DNA of 64,000 bases from Octopus sinensis (taxonomy: Eukaryota). Each line of letters opens with the position of its first letter. The first letter of the stretch is position 1. The translations under genes were made by a program, and so were the position numbers. The stretch is taken from NCBI RefSeq assembly GCF_006345805.1, contig NC_043012.1, forward strand, positions 34,100,001 through 34,164,000. Reading direction: 5' to 3'. Shown here one piece after another: positions 36,597-48,801 of the stretch. Below the pieces are notes generated by a model that did not search any database, was not told where the DNA came from, and saw only the letters and a program-made list of their open reading frames with translations.

Positions 36597-39500
36597 ATGA
36601 AATTATTGTATACAGTGCTCAGGTACACCACAACTTGTCAAAAGTGTGTATAAAGCATATGCAGTAATGTACAAATGTCTGGAAAGCGAACAGTGTATGA
36701 GTCAGATACATGCTTGCGTGTGTATGGAGGGGAGAAAATCAGGTGTAGTGTTGGTGAATCTCAGAAAGCATGGAAGTTTTGAAGGATGCAGTGCTCTGAC
36801 AACTAACAATTGATGCCGGCAGTTTGTTCCATGCTTCAGCAACTCTTAGCGTGAAAAAATGTTTCCAAAAGTCTTGGGAGCTGTGCTGATTTCTGACTTT
36901 GTAAACATGTCCACGGGTGTTAGACAGATGGAGTTTGAAAAGGTGCTCAGAGTTATTGTTTGTAAGATGGTTAATAATTTTATGGGTGTCTGCCAAATCA
37001 GCTGCCAGGCGTCGGAGTTTCAATGTGTCCATGCCCAGGGAAGTAAGGCATTCAGAATATGGCAAATACCTGATGGAGGGTATTCTCTTGGTTGCACATC
37101 ACTGAACGGCTTCCAGGCGATTAATATCTTGGGCAAGATAGGGGTTCCAGATCGGTGATGCAAATTCCAGGTGAGGTCGCACCATAGCTATATAAAACCG
37201 CAGATAGATAGCCGGAGAGCGGTTCACAAAGGACTTGGTAAGTGATGCCAAGACACCCTCAGCCTTCTTGGCAATTTTAGCAATGTGTTTTGTCCAATGC
37301 AAATCGCTGTTGACAATAATGCCCAAGTCACGTTCACAAGAAGACTTTTTGAGATTAGTGTTGTGGAGGGAGTAAGTAGACGCTGGGTTTTTCCTCCCAA
37401 AACACATGGTGGTACATTTGTCCACTGCCAGCTTGAGTTGCCAGTCCATGATCCACTGCTGCATTGTGTCCAGGTCTGCTTGCAATAGAGATCTTTAGTG
37501 TACAGGATCTGACCTCTTTATTTCGAGGTACGGCTTGATGTCATCTGCATATTTCAGCACTGTGGCATTCTTTAAGTTGGCATCTATGTCATTAACATAT
37601 GCAACAAATAAAAGGGGGCCAAGAACAGATCCCTGTGGTACACCAGATGTCATCTCATAGGGTAAAGAGTGCTGTCCTAGAACTGTGACAACCTCTTTTC
37701 GGCCGATAATAAAGGACTTCAACCAGTTATAGAGATCGTCTCTTACAGCCATTTGCAGAGAGTTTCACCATAAGTCTTTTGTGTGGCACAGAATTAAAAG
37801 CCTTAGCAAAATCCAGGTAAACAACATCGACCTAGGATCAGCGATCAGTGATTCAGGTAATGTCCTCAAGAAACTCGATGAGTTGATTACAGCAGCTGGA
37901 ATTAGGAATAAATCCAAATTGTGACGGCTGGATGAGAATGTGAGACTTCCAGAGGTTCCAGAGAGTTTCTCTGACACAGGATTTCATCAGTTTGGCGATG
38001 CAGCTAGTAAGACTAACAGAGCAATAGTTGACAGATGATATGCGGTCACCTTTTTTGAACAGAGGGATAACACTGGCAGTTTTCCACTGCTCTGGAGTAA
38101 CACCATTGTCAAGACAGAATTGAAAGAATAGTGATAATTGGTTTAGAAGAAAGTACCCACCGCGTTTGAGAAGTAGGTATATAACACCATCGAGACCAGG
38201 AGAGGCATAGTTAAGTTTATTCTTAAGGTGACGTTGTAGCATTGCTGGTGTAAATTTCATAGTAGTTATAGAGTCCAGTGTCAGAGGTGATGAAGATGGA
38301 ACATTTTGATCTTCGACAGTAAAGATGCCTGCATAGCATCCAGCAATGATTTCTGCACATTCTTTAGGAATACCAATAATCTGCCTTGTGTGGGGGATTG
38401 TGAAGGGGACCAACTGGAGAGTGAGGTCTCTGCTTTGAATGTACATATTTCCAGAACACTTTGCTGTCAGGGTTGGTTGCTATGCGCTGTTCAAATTCAA
38501 GCACTGCCTTTTTTGTCACCTGCTTGAGATGGTTGGATGATCTATTGCACTTTTTCCTGTTGATCTCTGATTTGTGCAGTTTGTATTCCTGTTCAGCATT
38601 ACGGCTTTCTTTCCTGGCAAGTCGGACTGCTCCAGTCTCCCAAATTGCACTATTGGGTGGTTTTTTGTGCTTGCGAGGTACCGATGCTGCACATGCCGCC
38701 CATATTGAATTCAGAATGTTCTGAAGTATAGTGTTCACATCTCCAGAGGCATAAAATTCGAGCCAGTTTGGGTGTCGCAGCTTGGTACAATAAGAGCTCC
38801 AGTCTGCTTTATTCCAGTCAAAGTGGGCAGTTTGAAGATGGTTGTGGTTTTTGTTACAACCAATCTGAGACAAGTTGGCCATGATCATGGAATGATCAGA
38901 GTCACCTAAAGGTTCTTCAGTAGTGACACTAATAATTGTTTCAGGAGAAGCGGTAAATAGCAAATCCTAAGTGTTGTTACCCCTTGTGGGGGAGGTAACG
39001 ACTTGGGACCAATTTGAATCCAGCACCAGTTCAAAGAAATCGTCTGCACTTTGCAGGCAGCGGAAGACCTCCCAGTCAATCTCAGGGAAATTGAAGTCCC
39101 CCGCAATATAAACATAAGTGGCTGTTTTCATGGCAGCAGCTCTGAGGATATCAAAAAGTTGTGTGTCTTGATGATAATTTGGGGGGGGGGGGGTACACAA
39201 CTCCAAGAAGTGTTGACATGGTCATGTGTATGTTGCAGAAAAATACTTCCTGCTGAGATTGGTTCAAATCATCACAAGGAATTGCCGATAGATTTGATCG
39301 AACGTAATCCATCACACCCCCACCACGGCGATTAATGCGGTCTTTGCGGAACAGGTTGTAGCCGGCTATGCTGAAAACCCCATCACAGAGTGCAGAATGT
39401 GCCCATGTTTCCATGACTGTGATGAAATCTGGGTTGATACTTTTGAAGTAAGAGTCAAAAAGATGTACTTTGTTGCAAAAACTACAGGCATTTAAGGACA

Positions 39501-40560
39501 ACAGTTTGTATCTGGATTTCAGATGGCGATGATATTCAGGGGATGGTTGATTGTTCTTGTTTAGTTTCCCATGATTTTTGCATTGCCAGTTATTGTGGGT
39601 ACAGTTTGCTCACACCAACTGACATCCGTTATCTACGACTTATCAGACTTGATGAATTTCCATATTTTCCCATCATCACGTAGGCTAAAGCTTTCCTGTG
39701 GCACAGAGTTGCGATTTAGAGAAGCTACAGATCTTAGCTTTGGGCGTACATCAGGTGGTACGCCAGGGCGTGTCCTAAAGGTAATTCTGTTTTCGTGCCG
39801 AGCCCTATTAGCAGCTAGATGGTATGCCCACACCTCAGTAGAGTTTGAAAACATCAGCCTGATCAATCTGGGTTTGGACCCTGGTCGGCCAAGGTGGAAA
39901 GCACTTTTTGGAGGAACACAGCTTAAGTCCTTAGATGTGTTGCCAGTAAATGCCTGTAGATCTATCACATCTTCCGATACTCCGATAGCAATTACCTAAT
40001 GAGTGGTTGATTCAGTGACCTCCTCGGTGCGTTGAGGTTCTGTAAGCACTACAGGTAAATTGCTGAGCAAGGCACTCTGATACGACCCCTCATTATGAGG
40101 CTTTGCACAGACACTGGTTTTGATTCCTGCTATTTTGCGGCTTAAAGCAGAAATCATTTGTCTAATTTCCACAACTTCTGTGCTGATGGTCGATTTTTGT
40201 TGATGTTGAGAAGTATCGGGAGAGGAGGGCATGGCTGGCTTTTGTTCCTGATAATGTACTTCGCTTGGAATGATCAATTTTTGTTGTTGAAAAGCAATAG
40301 GGGAGGAAGACACAGGCGGCTTAAGTTTTTGTTGATGTTCTTCAACAGGAATGGCCGGTTTTTGTTGCTGTTGTTGAAGAGTGACAGGGGAGGAAGACAC
40401 AGGCGGCTTTAATTTTTGTTGTTCTTCTTCATCAACAGAACTGGTTTTGGGAGACATAGCAGTTGGTTTTTGCTGTTCAGCAAAATGTGATGTAAAAGTA
40501 TCGAAAAGGTTTTGTAACAAATTATTATCAAGGGATATTGTTGGGGGACATAAAGGACAA
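36597..40560 (-). mobile_element. Near full-length CR1-clade LINE (ORF1 about 40551-39570; ORF2 APE + RT about 39540-36739), disrupted by stops and frameshifts
   Basis: APE: LNACSFCNK..ITVMETW, GGGV, AGDFNFPEIDW, LGDSDH; RT: ASPGLDG, VIPLFKKGDR..VSLTSCIAKLM, GVPQGSVLGPLLF, KYADDIK; C-terminus WKHFFTLRVAEAWNKLP. Confidence 0.92.
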
Positions 40561-41522
40561 GAAAACTTCGTAGTAAGATTTCATAGTCGAAACCCCAGTA
40601 AATTAAATTTGCCCTCAGTAGGGTATTTACTGATTGATCTCAACATGTATGATAACATCATACAGAAAAAAAAAACAATATTTGCAAAAACAGCAACGAC
40701 AAAATATTTCTAAAGAAAGACTTTTTATATTTTCTTTAAGCCTTTCACAAATATATTTCTAATGAGTCTGCTTGTATATTTCAATTAATTTTCATTTTCA
40801 AACCTTTATATGTTGGTAATATTATATTGGTACTGACATCTCCTGATATTCATGTAATCATGAAATATTAATTGAAATATGGACATGGTATTAGGAATAT
40901 TAAAGAAATTTAGAAAAATACAAAATTAATTAAATCAAAAACCTGAAAAAAAAAAAATACTACTTGTCCAAAATCAACAACAGCAGCTGTCAAAAGCTCT
41001 TCTTTCCATATTGTAATTATAACAGCCTAGTGTCACTATCTCTTTCCTATTATACCACCTGTGTAATAAGAGAAGACAGTTGGAATGGTCCATGTTCAGT
41101 CCCTGCCTTACTTTTATTCATTTCTTTATTGCAAACATACACTTTCTCTCAACATTACTGACATTCAACACTTCACTCTTCCATCACCCATTCTTTATGG
41201 GTGACTCATCAGTCTCTCTCTCTCAAATTATTCCTCCCTCCTATTCATGTTGACAGCCATCACTTTCTCACTCCCACTACACCCTCTCTTCTATTCTGTT
41301 CCCTTTTCCAAACACACCAGTTACACTGTTTCTATTCAACAATCACCATGTAGCTGTCACAGACATCCACTCTCTATAACCTCCTCTCTCTCTCTCTCTC
41401 TCTTCTATTGCTGGAGACAACCATTTGTCGGCCACTGGTCTACCAGCCTGTACAGTCACAACCAAGACAATGTACATGTAAAGTTAGTCAAATCCTGGAT
41501 TCTACAAGGAGATCATATAAAG

Positions 41523-41795
41523 CATCATCATCATCATTGTTCGACCGTGGTCGAGACAATGGAATTTACCATGCTACGCCAGACTTCACGGTCCATCATA
41601 GCATCATGGAGGTCCTGTCGCTGGATGCCTGTATCCCTGGAGATTACATCAGGGTAGGAGAGTGTGCGCCCTCTGGTATCGCGAGTAGATGGCTTCCAGA
41701 GGAGAAGAGTAGAAATTACCTCGCTTTCAGCTCTACAACAATGTCCAGCAAACTGGACTCTCCTACCTTTAACAAGAGATGATACAGGTGGTAGT
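41523..41795 (-). mobile_element. RTE/RTEX-type LINE 3' end
   Basis: Homologous to 22296-22652. Confidence 0.85.
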
Positions 41796-41999
41796 TCATA
41801 TGAAGCACTGCATGTGCTATTCCAGCTTTTACTGAGGTTTCACTCGGTGATGTATTTATAACACTCTGAATCTACCTTTCAAATACTTTGCATCAAGTAA
41901 AGAATTCCGGTCTCTAGGAATCACAGCTTCATGAGTACAAATCTCAGGATTTGATAATTCAGAAGTACTTCAAGTACTCTTTCAGTTTGTTCTTATAAT

Positions 42000-42440
42000 A
42001 CATCATCGTTTAACGTCCGTTTTCCATGCTAGCACAGGTTGGACGGATCGACCTGGGTCTGGGAAGCCAGGAAGCTGCACCAGGCTCAGGTCTGGTTTGG
42101 CAGAGTTTATACAGCTGGATGCCCTTCCTAACGCCAACCAATCCATGAGTGTAGTGGGTGCTTTCTACGTGCCACTGGCACAGGTGCCAGGGGAGGCTGG
42201 CAACGGCCATGATCGGTCAGTGCTTTTTATGTGCCACCGGCACAGAAGCCAGTCAAGGTGGCGCTGGCATCGGCCACGTTTGGATGGTGCTTTTTACGTG
42301 CCACTGGCACAGGTATCACAACTACAATTTCCATTTGATATTTATTTTGATGCTGATGTACTTGACTTAGTAGGTCTCCTCAAGCACAGCAGGTCATGTG
42401 CCACTGGCACAGAAGCCAGTCAAGGCAGCACTGGCAGGTC
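42000..42440 (-). mobile_element. RTE 3'-tail-derived repeat
   Basis: Family match. Confidence 0.85.
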
Positions 42441-42511
42441 AAACACCTATCTTATGGAGGGAGCAAGTGACTCTTCCAACAAACCCTAGTATCTCTCTAC
42501 AATATCATCTT

Positions 42512-42805
42512 TGACTTATTTCAGCCGTTGGTCAATGACCAAGCTGGGGCACCACTATGAAGTGTTGAGTCACATAATTCAACTTATTTTCAAGTCTGGT
42601 ATTTATTCTATCAGTCGCTTTTGTCAAACCGTTAAGTCACATAAACAAATAAACACCAGTCGTCAAGTAGTGTTGGGAATAAACACACACACACACACAC
42701 ACACATAGCAGGCTTCTATACAGTTTCTATCTAACTGGTTGGCCTTGTGAGCGAAGACTTACTCAAAGTGCTCTGCAATGAGACTGAACCCAAAAACCAT
42801 GTAGT
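42512..42805 (-). mobile_element. SINE family A, decayed
   Basis: Partial match to 5195-5636. Confidence 0.6.
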
Positions 42806-42976
42806 TCTATATTTAAGAGATTTAAGGATTCAGAAGACCTACAATCAAAGATACTCCATTTACGACCATCAGTTATTGTCCTCTTCAAACAGTGAACCTA
42901 AAACCATGTTATCTAATATGTTTTTTTCTTATCTAAGACAGCAACCTGAGAGTTTATAGCTGCTGTTTCTTGCAGA

Positions 42977-43205
42977 TTAACCCTTTTGTTACTGTATTTA
43001 TTTTGAGATGCTCTGTGTTTCTTTCAATTACTTTAAATATAACAAAGAATTTAGTAAAATAACTTAGTTATCATTGAGCTAGTGTTAGGAACATAAATTG
43101 TGACTAAGGTTTGGTGGAAGATTTTAATTCAAAACTTCTGAAAACAAGACATTTGTATTACAAAGCCAGAGGTGGTTTCTGCCGGGTTGGTATCAAAAGG
43201 GTTAA
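42977..43205 (-). mobile_element. piggyBac-type MITE (opposite orientation)
   Basis: TTAA|CCCTTTTGTTAC ... GTATCAAAAGGG|TTAA. Confidence 0.9.
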
Positions 43206-45338
43206 GCAACCATAGAGACATCTCCCCCATGCTTGTGTCAGGGCTCTTAATTTGAACCAAGTGATTCCTTACTGAACAATTCAACAAAGCAACAATAGTA
43301 TAGCACCAGTGACCTTTTGATAGTAACAACATTGCTTCCAAAATCGCAAGCACAAGAGATGCAAACATGCACCCAAACAACCTCCAAACCCAACCTGTAA
43401 CTTTTGAAACCCTACAAGCTACCCCCCTGGAAGAATCCTGTTTTTCAAGGGCTGTTGTCACCCTAACACCATCTGATGGCATCACAAGACACTACATCGG
43501 CTGATATGCACCTGCATCCACACACACACCCCCGAATACATACATATTGTCGAACTAATGCTACCACACCTCACCCACTGCCTATGGCCACAGCAGAAAC
43601 ACACAAACATATACATCAGGGACACACATCCACACACACACACACCCTCACCTGCCACCAAGTCAAAGTTACTTAAGTCCCTTTGAACACCCTACAGATA
43701 GCAAGGTGCCACCATCTTCCTGTCCAGCCACACAGTCCAAGAATTTCAGATTAGGATCTCTATTTTTATGGATTTGATGTTGCTAAAATTTCAATATTAT
43801 TTCCAACAGCAACACGTAACCAGCCTTCACCAAATAGCAGCCCAATTTCTAGTAGCCATCTCAGACTTACAGCTTCTTTCCATCTGGCCATCTGAGCCTG
43901 ACGAGATACGTCCCTTCAAAGATCCTATTAAACTAAGTTGCATGGGTTCAAACCAAAATGTGTTTGAATAATAATAAATTATATATATATACACACACAT
44001 ATACATATATATATATAAAGTCCTTCATATAGTATTAAGAGGTTTTAACACTTATTTCTTGTAATATAGGTGCTTCAGCACCCTGAGTCACAATTAGTGA
44101 CAATAAAATTGTTCCTATATATATATATTTGCAGTATTTATCTGAAGAAACATCTTTCATGTAAGTTTGCTTGTACTTTGATTTCAGCGATTTTACATTC
44201 CAAATTAAATATCACTCAAGAATAATCTACATCAAAGATTTTCAACAGGGGCCATTTGGAGCTCGTGGGGGTTGGGGTTAGAGCAAAGGGGCACTGGGGG
44301 GGGGGGTTAAGAGACTTGTGGGACACTAAGGGGTGCTGGAAGACCCTCGTCTTTGCTAAGTTTAATTTGAAATTAACAAGTAGTAGACATATTTTCACAT
44401 CTCTGCGACAGTCAGTTTAAAAAAGAAACCATGCCTTTTTCTTTCAAATTTCCAAAAACTTAAAAAACACTTTTTCCACTTTGACGACACCAAGCAAATT
44501 CCTGGCACCATGTGTAACTGGTGGCGCAAAGTGAAAGCCCCAAAACAAAATCAAGAACTGAAAACAGATGAACAGTGACATGATTAGAAGAAAAAAAAAG
44601 TAATGAATAAAAGCAAAAAGCTGAATGTGTGTGTGTGTGTTTGTGTGCAAATATAAAAAAGAATGGTGAGAAATTTGAATCAAACTGGCTTTGAGAGTGG
44701 TTAATAAGTATGTATCTGTGTATGTGTGTGTATGTATGGGTATGTTTATATGTATATGATTGCGTGTGTTGCCGTTTTGAATTCCTTAAATTGGCCTAAC
44801 CCAACCCTGGCTATTAAAGACCTAACCACACACATACATACTCTCACATTTGTTTTGGGTTTTGTACACATTTGAACTGTGGATATACACCAGATAATGT
44901 GATAAGTCTTATGTTCTGAAATTTAAATTTTGAATTTGTTTTAATTATAAAATTACACCTCAGCTAAAAACACATCTTTTGGCTTTGGAAAATAGAACCT
45001 GTTCTTCCTCTTTCTATATTTTTGTTAAGTTAGAATTTCTCTGTTTTGGTCAGGGTTTTCCTATTTCCTGTATTAAGCAATGGACAGAAGCATTTTAAAA
45101 AAATTAAATTCATAGAGCCGAACAAAATTTAAAATATTAATTTTAATCTTAATTATAGAGAGGAGTAAACATTTTCCCTTTCCTTAATACTAATAAGAGC
45201 ATAGTATGAGGGCGATTTAGCTGTTATTTCTAGAAAATTGAACAACCACACAGAGAGTACCTCATTGGCTCATTTGTTGATGTGTATAAGTAAACAAAAA
45301 CTAAAAGAAAAACAGACACTAGCAGACACACACATGTA

Positions 45339-45455
45339 GAAGAGCGTAGGCTCGAAATGTAAAAGACTTTTTTCTATTCCTGAGCATTATACTAATACAT
45401 CTGTTTGTTTTGTACACCACCTGTCTTCGTCTTGTTTTTTTCGTAAACTCTCCCT
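45339..45455 (+). mobile_element. PLE-like pLTR tail with the 3' half of a minimal hammerhead
   Basis: GA-A-GAGC gtag GCTC-GAAA-TG-TA-AAAGAC: stem II, GAAA and a decayed ACGT stem III; the CTGA half is missing; ends in (TA)n. Confidence 0.55.
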
Positions 45456-45462
45456 ATATATA

Positions 45463-45498
<36 letters not shown>

Positions 45499-45526
45499 AA
45501 ATGTAACATGTGACAATTATTTGGTA

Positions 45527-45597
45527 GCCAAGATAAAACTCTGAGTTTCAGATGCCGAGGTGGAAATACACACCACCATCTCTTCAGTTATCCAGCC
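45527..45597 (-). ncRNA. Type I hammerhead ribozyme motif (left arm)
   Basis: GGCTGGATAA-CTGAAGA-GATG..CATC-T-GAAACTC-A-GAGT-T-TTATCTTGGC. Confidence 0.6.
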
Positions 45598-45645
45598 ATC
45601 GAAAAAATGCTATGAAAAATGACCGTTCATAGCGTTTTTCCGATG

Positions 45646-45715
45646 GCCAGATAACTGAAGAGATAGTGGTGTGGATTTCCACCTCGGAATCCGAAACTCA
45701 GAGTTTTATCTTGGC
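45646..45715 (+). ncRNA. Type I hammerhead ribozyme motif (right arm)
   Basis: GCCAGATAA-CTGAAGA-GAT..ATCC-GAAACTC-A-GAGT-T-TTATCTTGGC: stem I AGATAA/TTATCT, intact core, palindromic stem III, GUU cleavage triplet at 45703-45705. Confidence 0.65.
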
Positions 45716-45734
45716 AACCAAATAATTGTCACAT

Positions 45735-46804
45735 AGAAATGAAGCCAGTATGCTCCAATGGATGTGTAATGTCAGTGTTCATAATCGACAGAGTGTAAGT
45801 ACCTTGAGAGAAAAGTTGGACCTAAGAAGCATCAGTTGTGGTGTGCAAGAGAGACGTTTGCGCTGGTATGGTCATGTGACGAGAATGGCTGAAGATAGTT
45901 GTGTGCAAAAGTGCCACACCCTAGCAGTTGAGGAAACCTGTGGAAGAGGTAGACCCAGGAAAACCTGGGACAAGGTGGTGAAGCATGACCTTCGAACTTT
46001 AGGTCTCACCAAGGAAATGACTAGAGACCGAGACCTATGGAAGTATGCTGTGCGTGAGAAGACCCGGCAAGACTAGTGAGATCATAACCCGTGGCCTCTA
46101 CCTGGTATGTAGCCAGTCGACTTATACATACCTTTCCTTCTTGGGACACAAAACTCCACTTGTGAAGACCCGTTGAGGCAAGTGAAAATCAAAACCAAAA
46201 AAATCAAAAAATCAAAGGAAAAAAAAATCAAAATCAAAATCAAACCAAATCAAATCAGATATCAGAAAGCAGAACCAAAATCGAAGTCGATCAACATCAA
46301 TGGAAATTGCAGCTGTGATACCAGTGCCGGTGACAAGTAAGCGAACCATCCAATCGTGGCCATTGCCAGCGCCGCCCCAACTGGCCTCCGTGCTGGTGGC
46401 ATGTAAAAAGCACCATCCGTTCGTGACTGTTGCCAGACTCGCCTGGCCCCTGTGCCGGTGGCACGTAGCACCATCCGTTCGTGGCCATTGCCAGCCTCGC
46501 CTGGCCCCCGTGCCGGTGGCACGTAAAAGCTCCATCCATTCGTGGCCGTTGCCAGCCTCGCCTGGCCCCTTTGCCAGTGGCACGTAAAAAGCACCATCCG
46601 TCCGTGGCCATTTGCCAGCTCCGTCTGGCACCTGTGTGGGTGGCACGTAAAAAGCACCCACTGCACTCACGGAGTGATTGGCGTTAGGAAGGGCATCCAG
46701 CCGTAGAAACACTGCCAGATCAGACTGGGCCTGATGCAGCCTTCTGGCTTCACAGACCCCAGTTGAACCGTCCAACCCATGCTAGCATGGAAAGCGCACG
46801 CTAA

Positions 46805-46838
<34 letters not shown>
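45735..46838 (+). mobile_element. RTE LINE 3' end: ORF C-terminus (to 46076) plus complete 3' UTR with six ~60-bp units and (ATG)n tail
   Basis: RNEASMLQWMCNVS..LREKLDLRSISCGVQERRLRWYGHV..GRGRPRKTWDKVVKHDL; links the abundant tail repeat to its parent LINE. Confidence 0.92.
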
Positions 46839-46840
<2 letters not shown>

Positions 46841-47056
46841 ACATTTACAGATAAATTCCTCTATTTACATAATATTAAGGTCTCTTTCTTTCTTTTGTTA
46901 TCTTACCATTTTTACCAAGGACGTCACAAACAGTAAACAACATGAAATATGAAAGCAATTGAATTGAATATGCAAACAAGAGAAAGAAATGGAAAATAGA
47001 ACTTGTTTCTCATGTTGTTTGCAAATATTACATGTTGTTTACTGTTTGTGACATCC

Positions 47057-47315
47057 AACTTACAAAATAAGGTCAACAGAAAAAAATTCTCATGCCAAAA
47101 ATAGACAAATTGTCTATAACCATTATAATTTATCACTATCAACACGTGTCTTGAATTGTGATAAATTATAATGGTTATTGACAATTTTTCTATTTTTGGC
47201 ATTAGAATTTTTTTCTGTTGCCCTTATTTTATAAGTTATTTATAAATTTAACCTTTAAAGGTATTTTTTAATATGCTGGCCATTGATAAAATTTTTTTGA
47301 AAAATGTCATCCTAC
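47057..47315 (+). mobile_element. Fold-back element (palindrome 47057-47237 plus tail), same family as 59899-60595
   Basis: About 80-bp arms, loop 47137-47157; shared tail TTTATAAATTTAACCTTTAAAGGTATTTTTTAATATGCTGGCCA. Confidence 0.75.
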
Positions 47316-47381
47316 ATTCATCATCATCATCATCATCATCATCATTTAGCGTCCGTTCTCCATGCTAGCATGGGTTGGACC

Positions 47382-47414
<33 letters not shown>

Positions 47415-47449
47415 ATATATATATATATGCATATATATACATATATAAA

Positions 47450-47580
47450 AATAGAACAAAAACACAATAGGGGGCATTAAAATGTCCAGGCAGATAGGTG
47501 GACAAGGGAAACAAGAATCAGAAGGACCAGCAAAAAAATACGGGTCATTCTTGGCTTTCTTTCATCAGTCAAGTCCTACA
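47450..47580 (-). mobile_element. Short repeat docked on (TA)n, related to 55490-55645
   Basis: Shared GGA.CT..ACTGA.GAAAGAAA.....ATGACCC and TCTG.CTGGA segments. Confidence 0.5.
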
Positions 47581-47879
47581 AGTCATGACCATAAACTAAA
47601 CCTTATTTATAAAGTATGAAAACTCAGTCATGTTTTTTTAGATAAAGTTATAATTATAATTATATACTACCCGTTATTACTGGAAAGTAACAATTAGTCA
47701 TACAAAAATATATAATATTAATTGGTTAATTTACGATACTTTAGATTTTTAATTAAATTGTTAGCCGTTCGTAACACAATTGTAATTGAAATTTTTAAAC
47801 TTAAATTTTGAAATTTAGTTTAAATGTAACGTCAAATATTTAATAATAATAATATTAATAATAGATATTAAATAATATA

Positions 47880-48753
47880 AAACGTAACTGTTATGTATCC
47901 CAAAATATTCGAATAGAGAGTCTAAATAAGCAACTTACTAGATTGGTTGTTTGCGATAATACATAGATTGAATAAAATAAAAAATTATAAAAGTGGCTTG
48001 TTCCCGTGATGCGTTCATTTCTGGTTCCCCTGACAGTACTATATAAAGGAATAGATACACCAGTAGAACTTTCTGACATTTATTTGTAGTACCTCCTATA
48101 CATAGGTATTATCAAACATGGATTTTACCTTATTTGCAAGATGTAGCTATGTCTAATTTTCGCCAAGGAAAGAAAAGATAAGTTAACATTCGTTTTATTT
48201 TCGTCTCTATTTTTAATTCGTTATTATTTCATCATTATAATTATTTCATTTTTATTTCAGATTTGTTTATTCGCAATTTTTTTATTCGTTATTTGTAATT
48301 TTTACTCGTATTTTTTTTCTTTAAATTTTTTTCCTTAAATGTTTATTCCTTGAATTTTTATTCCTTAAATTGTTACTCCTTAAATTTTTAATATTCAATT
48401 ATTATTTTTATTTATTATTTGTATTTCTATTCATTTGTATATATTAAGTAAGATTATATTGAAGATATAGAGTATCATGGAGGTATATAAGAGGTAGGGG
48501 TAGTGAAAAATGTTGAGGAATCCAGACCTGAAGATTGGGAGTATGTCAACCCAATTAAGTATTGAATCTAGATACCTCATCTAATCAATACCTACGTACT
48601 TTCATGAAACATGTGTAGTCTTTTAAACGGAAAATATGGGATTCAGAAGAGATATAGTTAGTATAAGATTTAATATTTAACATTTTATGGAGTGGTCGGG
48701 TATAAAATCTTTCAGTATTGATTGAGTTGACGGTGGTTCTGTCTCTAAAACTA

Positions 48754-48760
<7 letters not shown>
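47880..48760 (-). mobile_element. Possible highly decayed PLE coding remnant
   Basis: Weak motifs only (TRPLHKMLNIKSYTNYISSESH; CIGGTTNK; TTNLVSCLFRL) in very AT-rich DNA. Confidence 0.25.

Positions 48761-48801
<41 letters not shown>

Larger units (their letters stand above)
45508..45734. mobile_element. 227-bp palindrome (inverted PLE-type pLTR pair)
   Basis: Arms of about 109 bp, loop 45617-45625; few mismatches. Confidence 0.8.

Noticed and set aside
46300-46680. Regularly spaced repeats resembling a CRISPR array (also 27860-28230)
   Set aside because: The intervening segments are homologous to each other, there are no cas genes, and the array is the UTR of a eukaryotic LINE
46212-46775. 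187-aa and similar ORFs in RTE-tail repeats (10356, 12675, 42097)
   Set aside because: Incidental frames in GC-rich tandem units, with no consistent frame between copies
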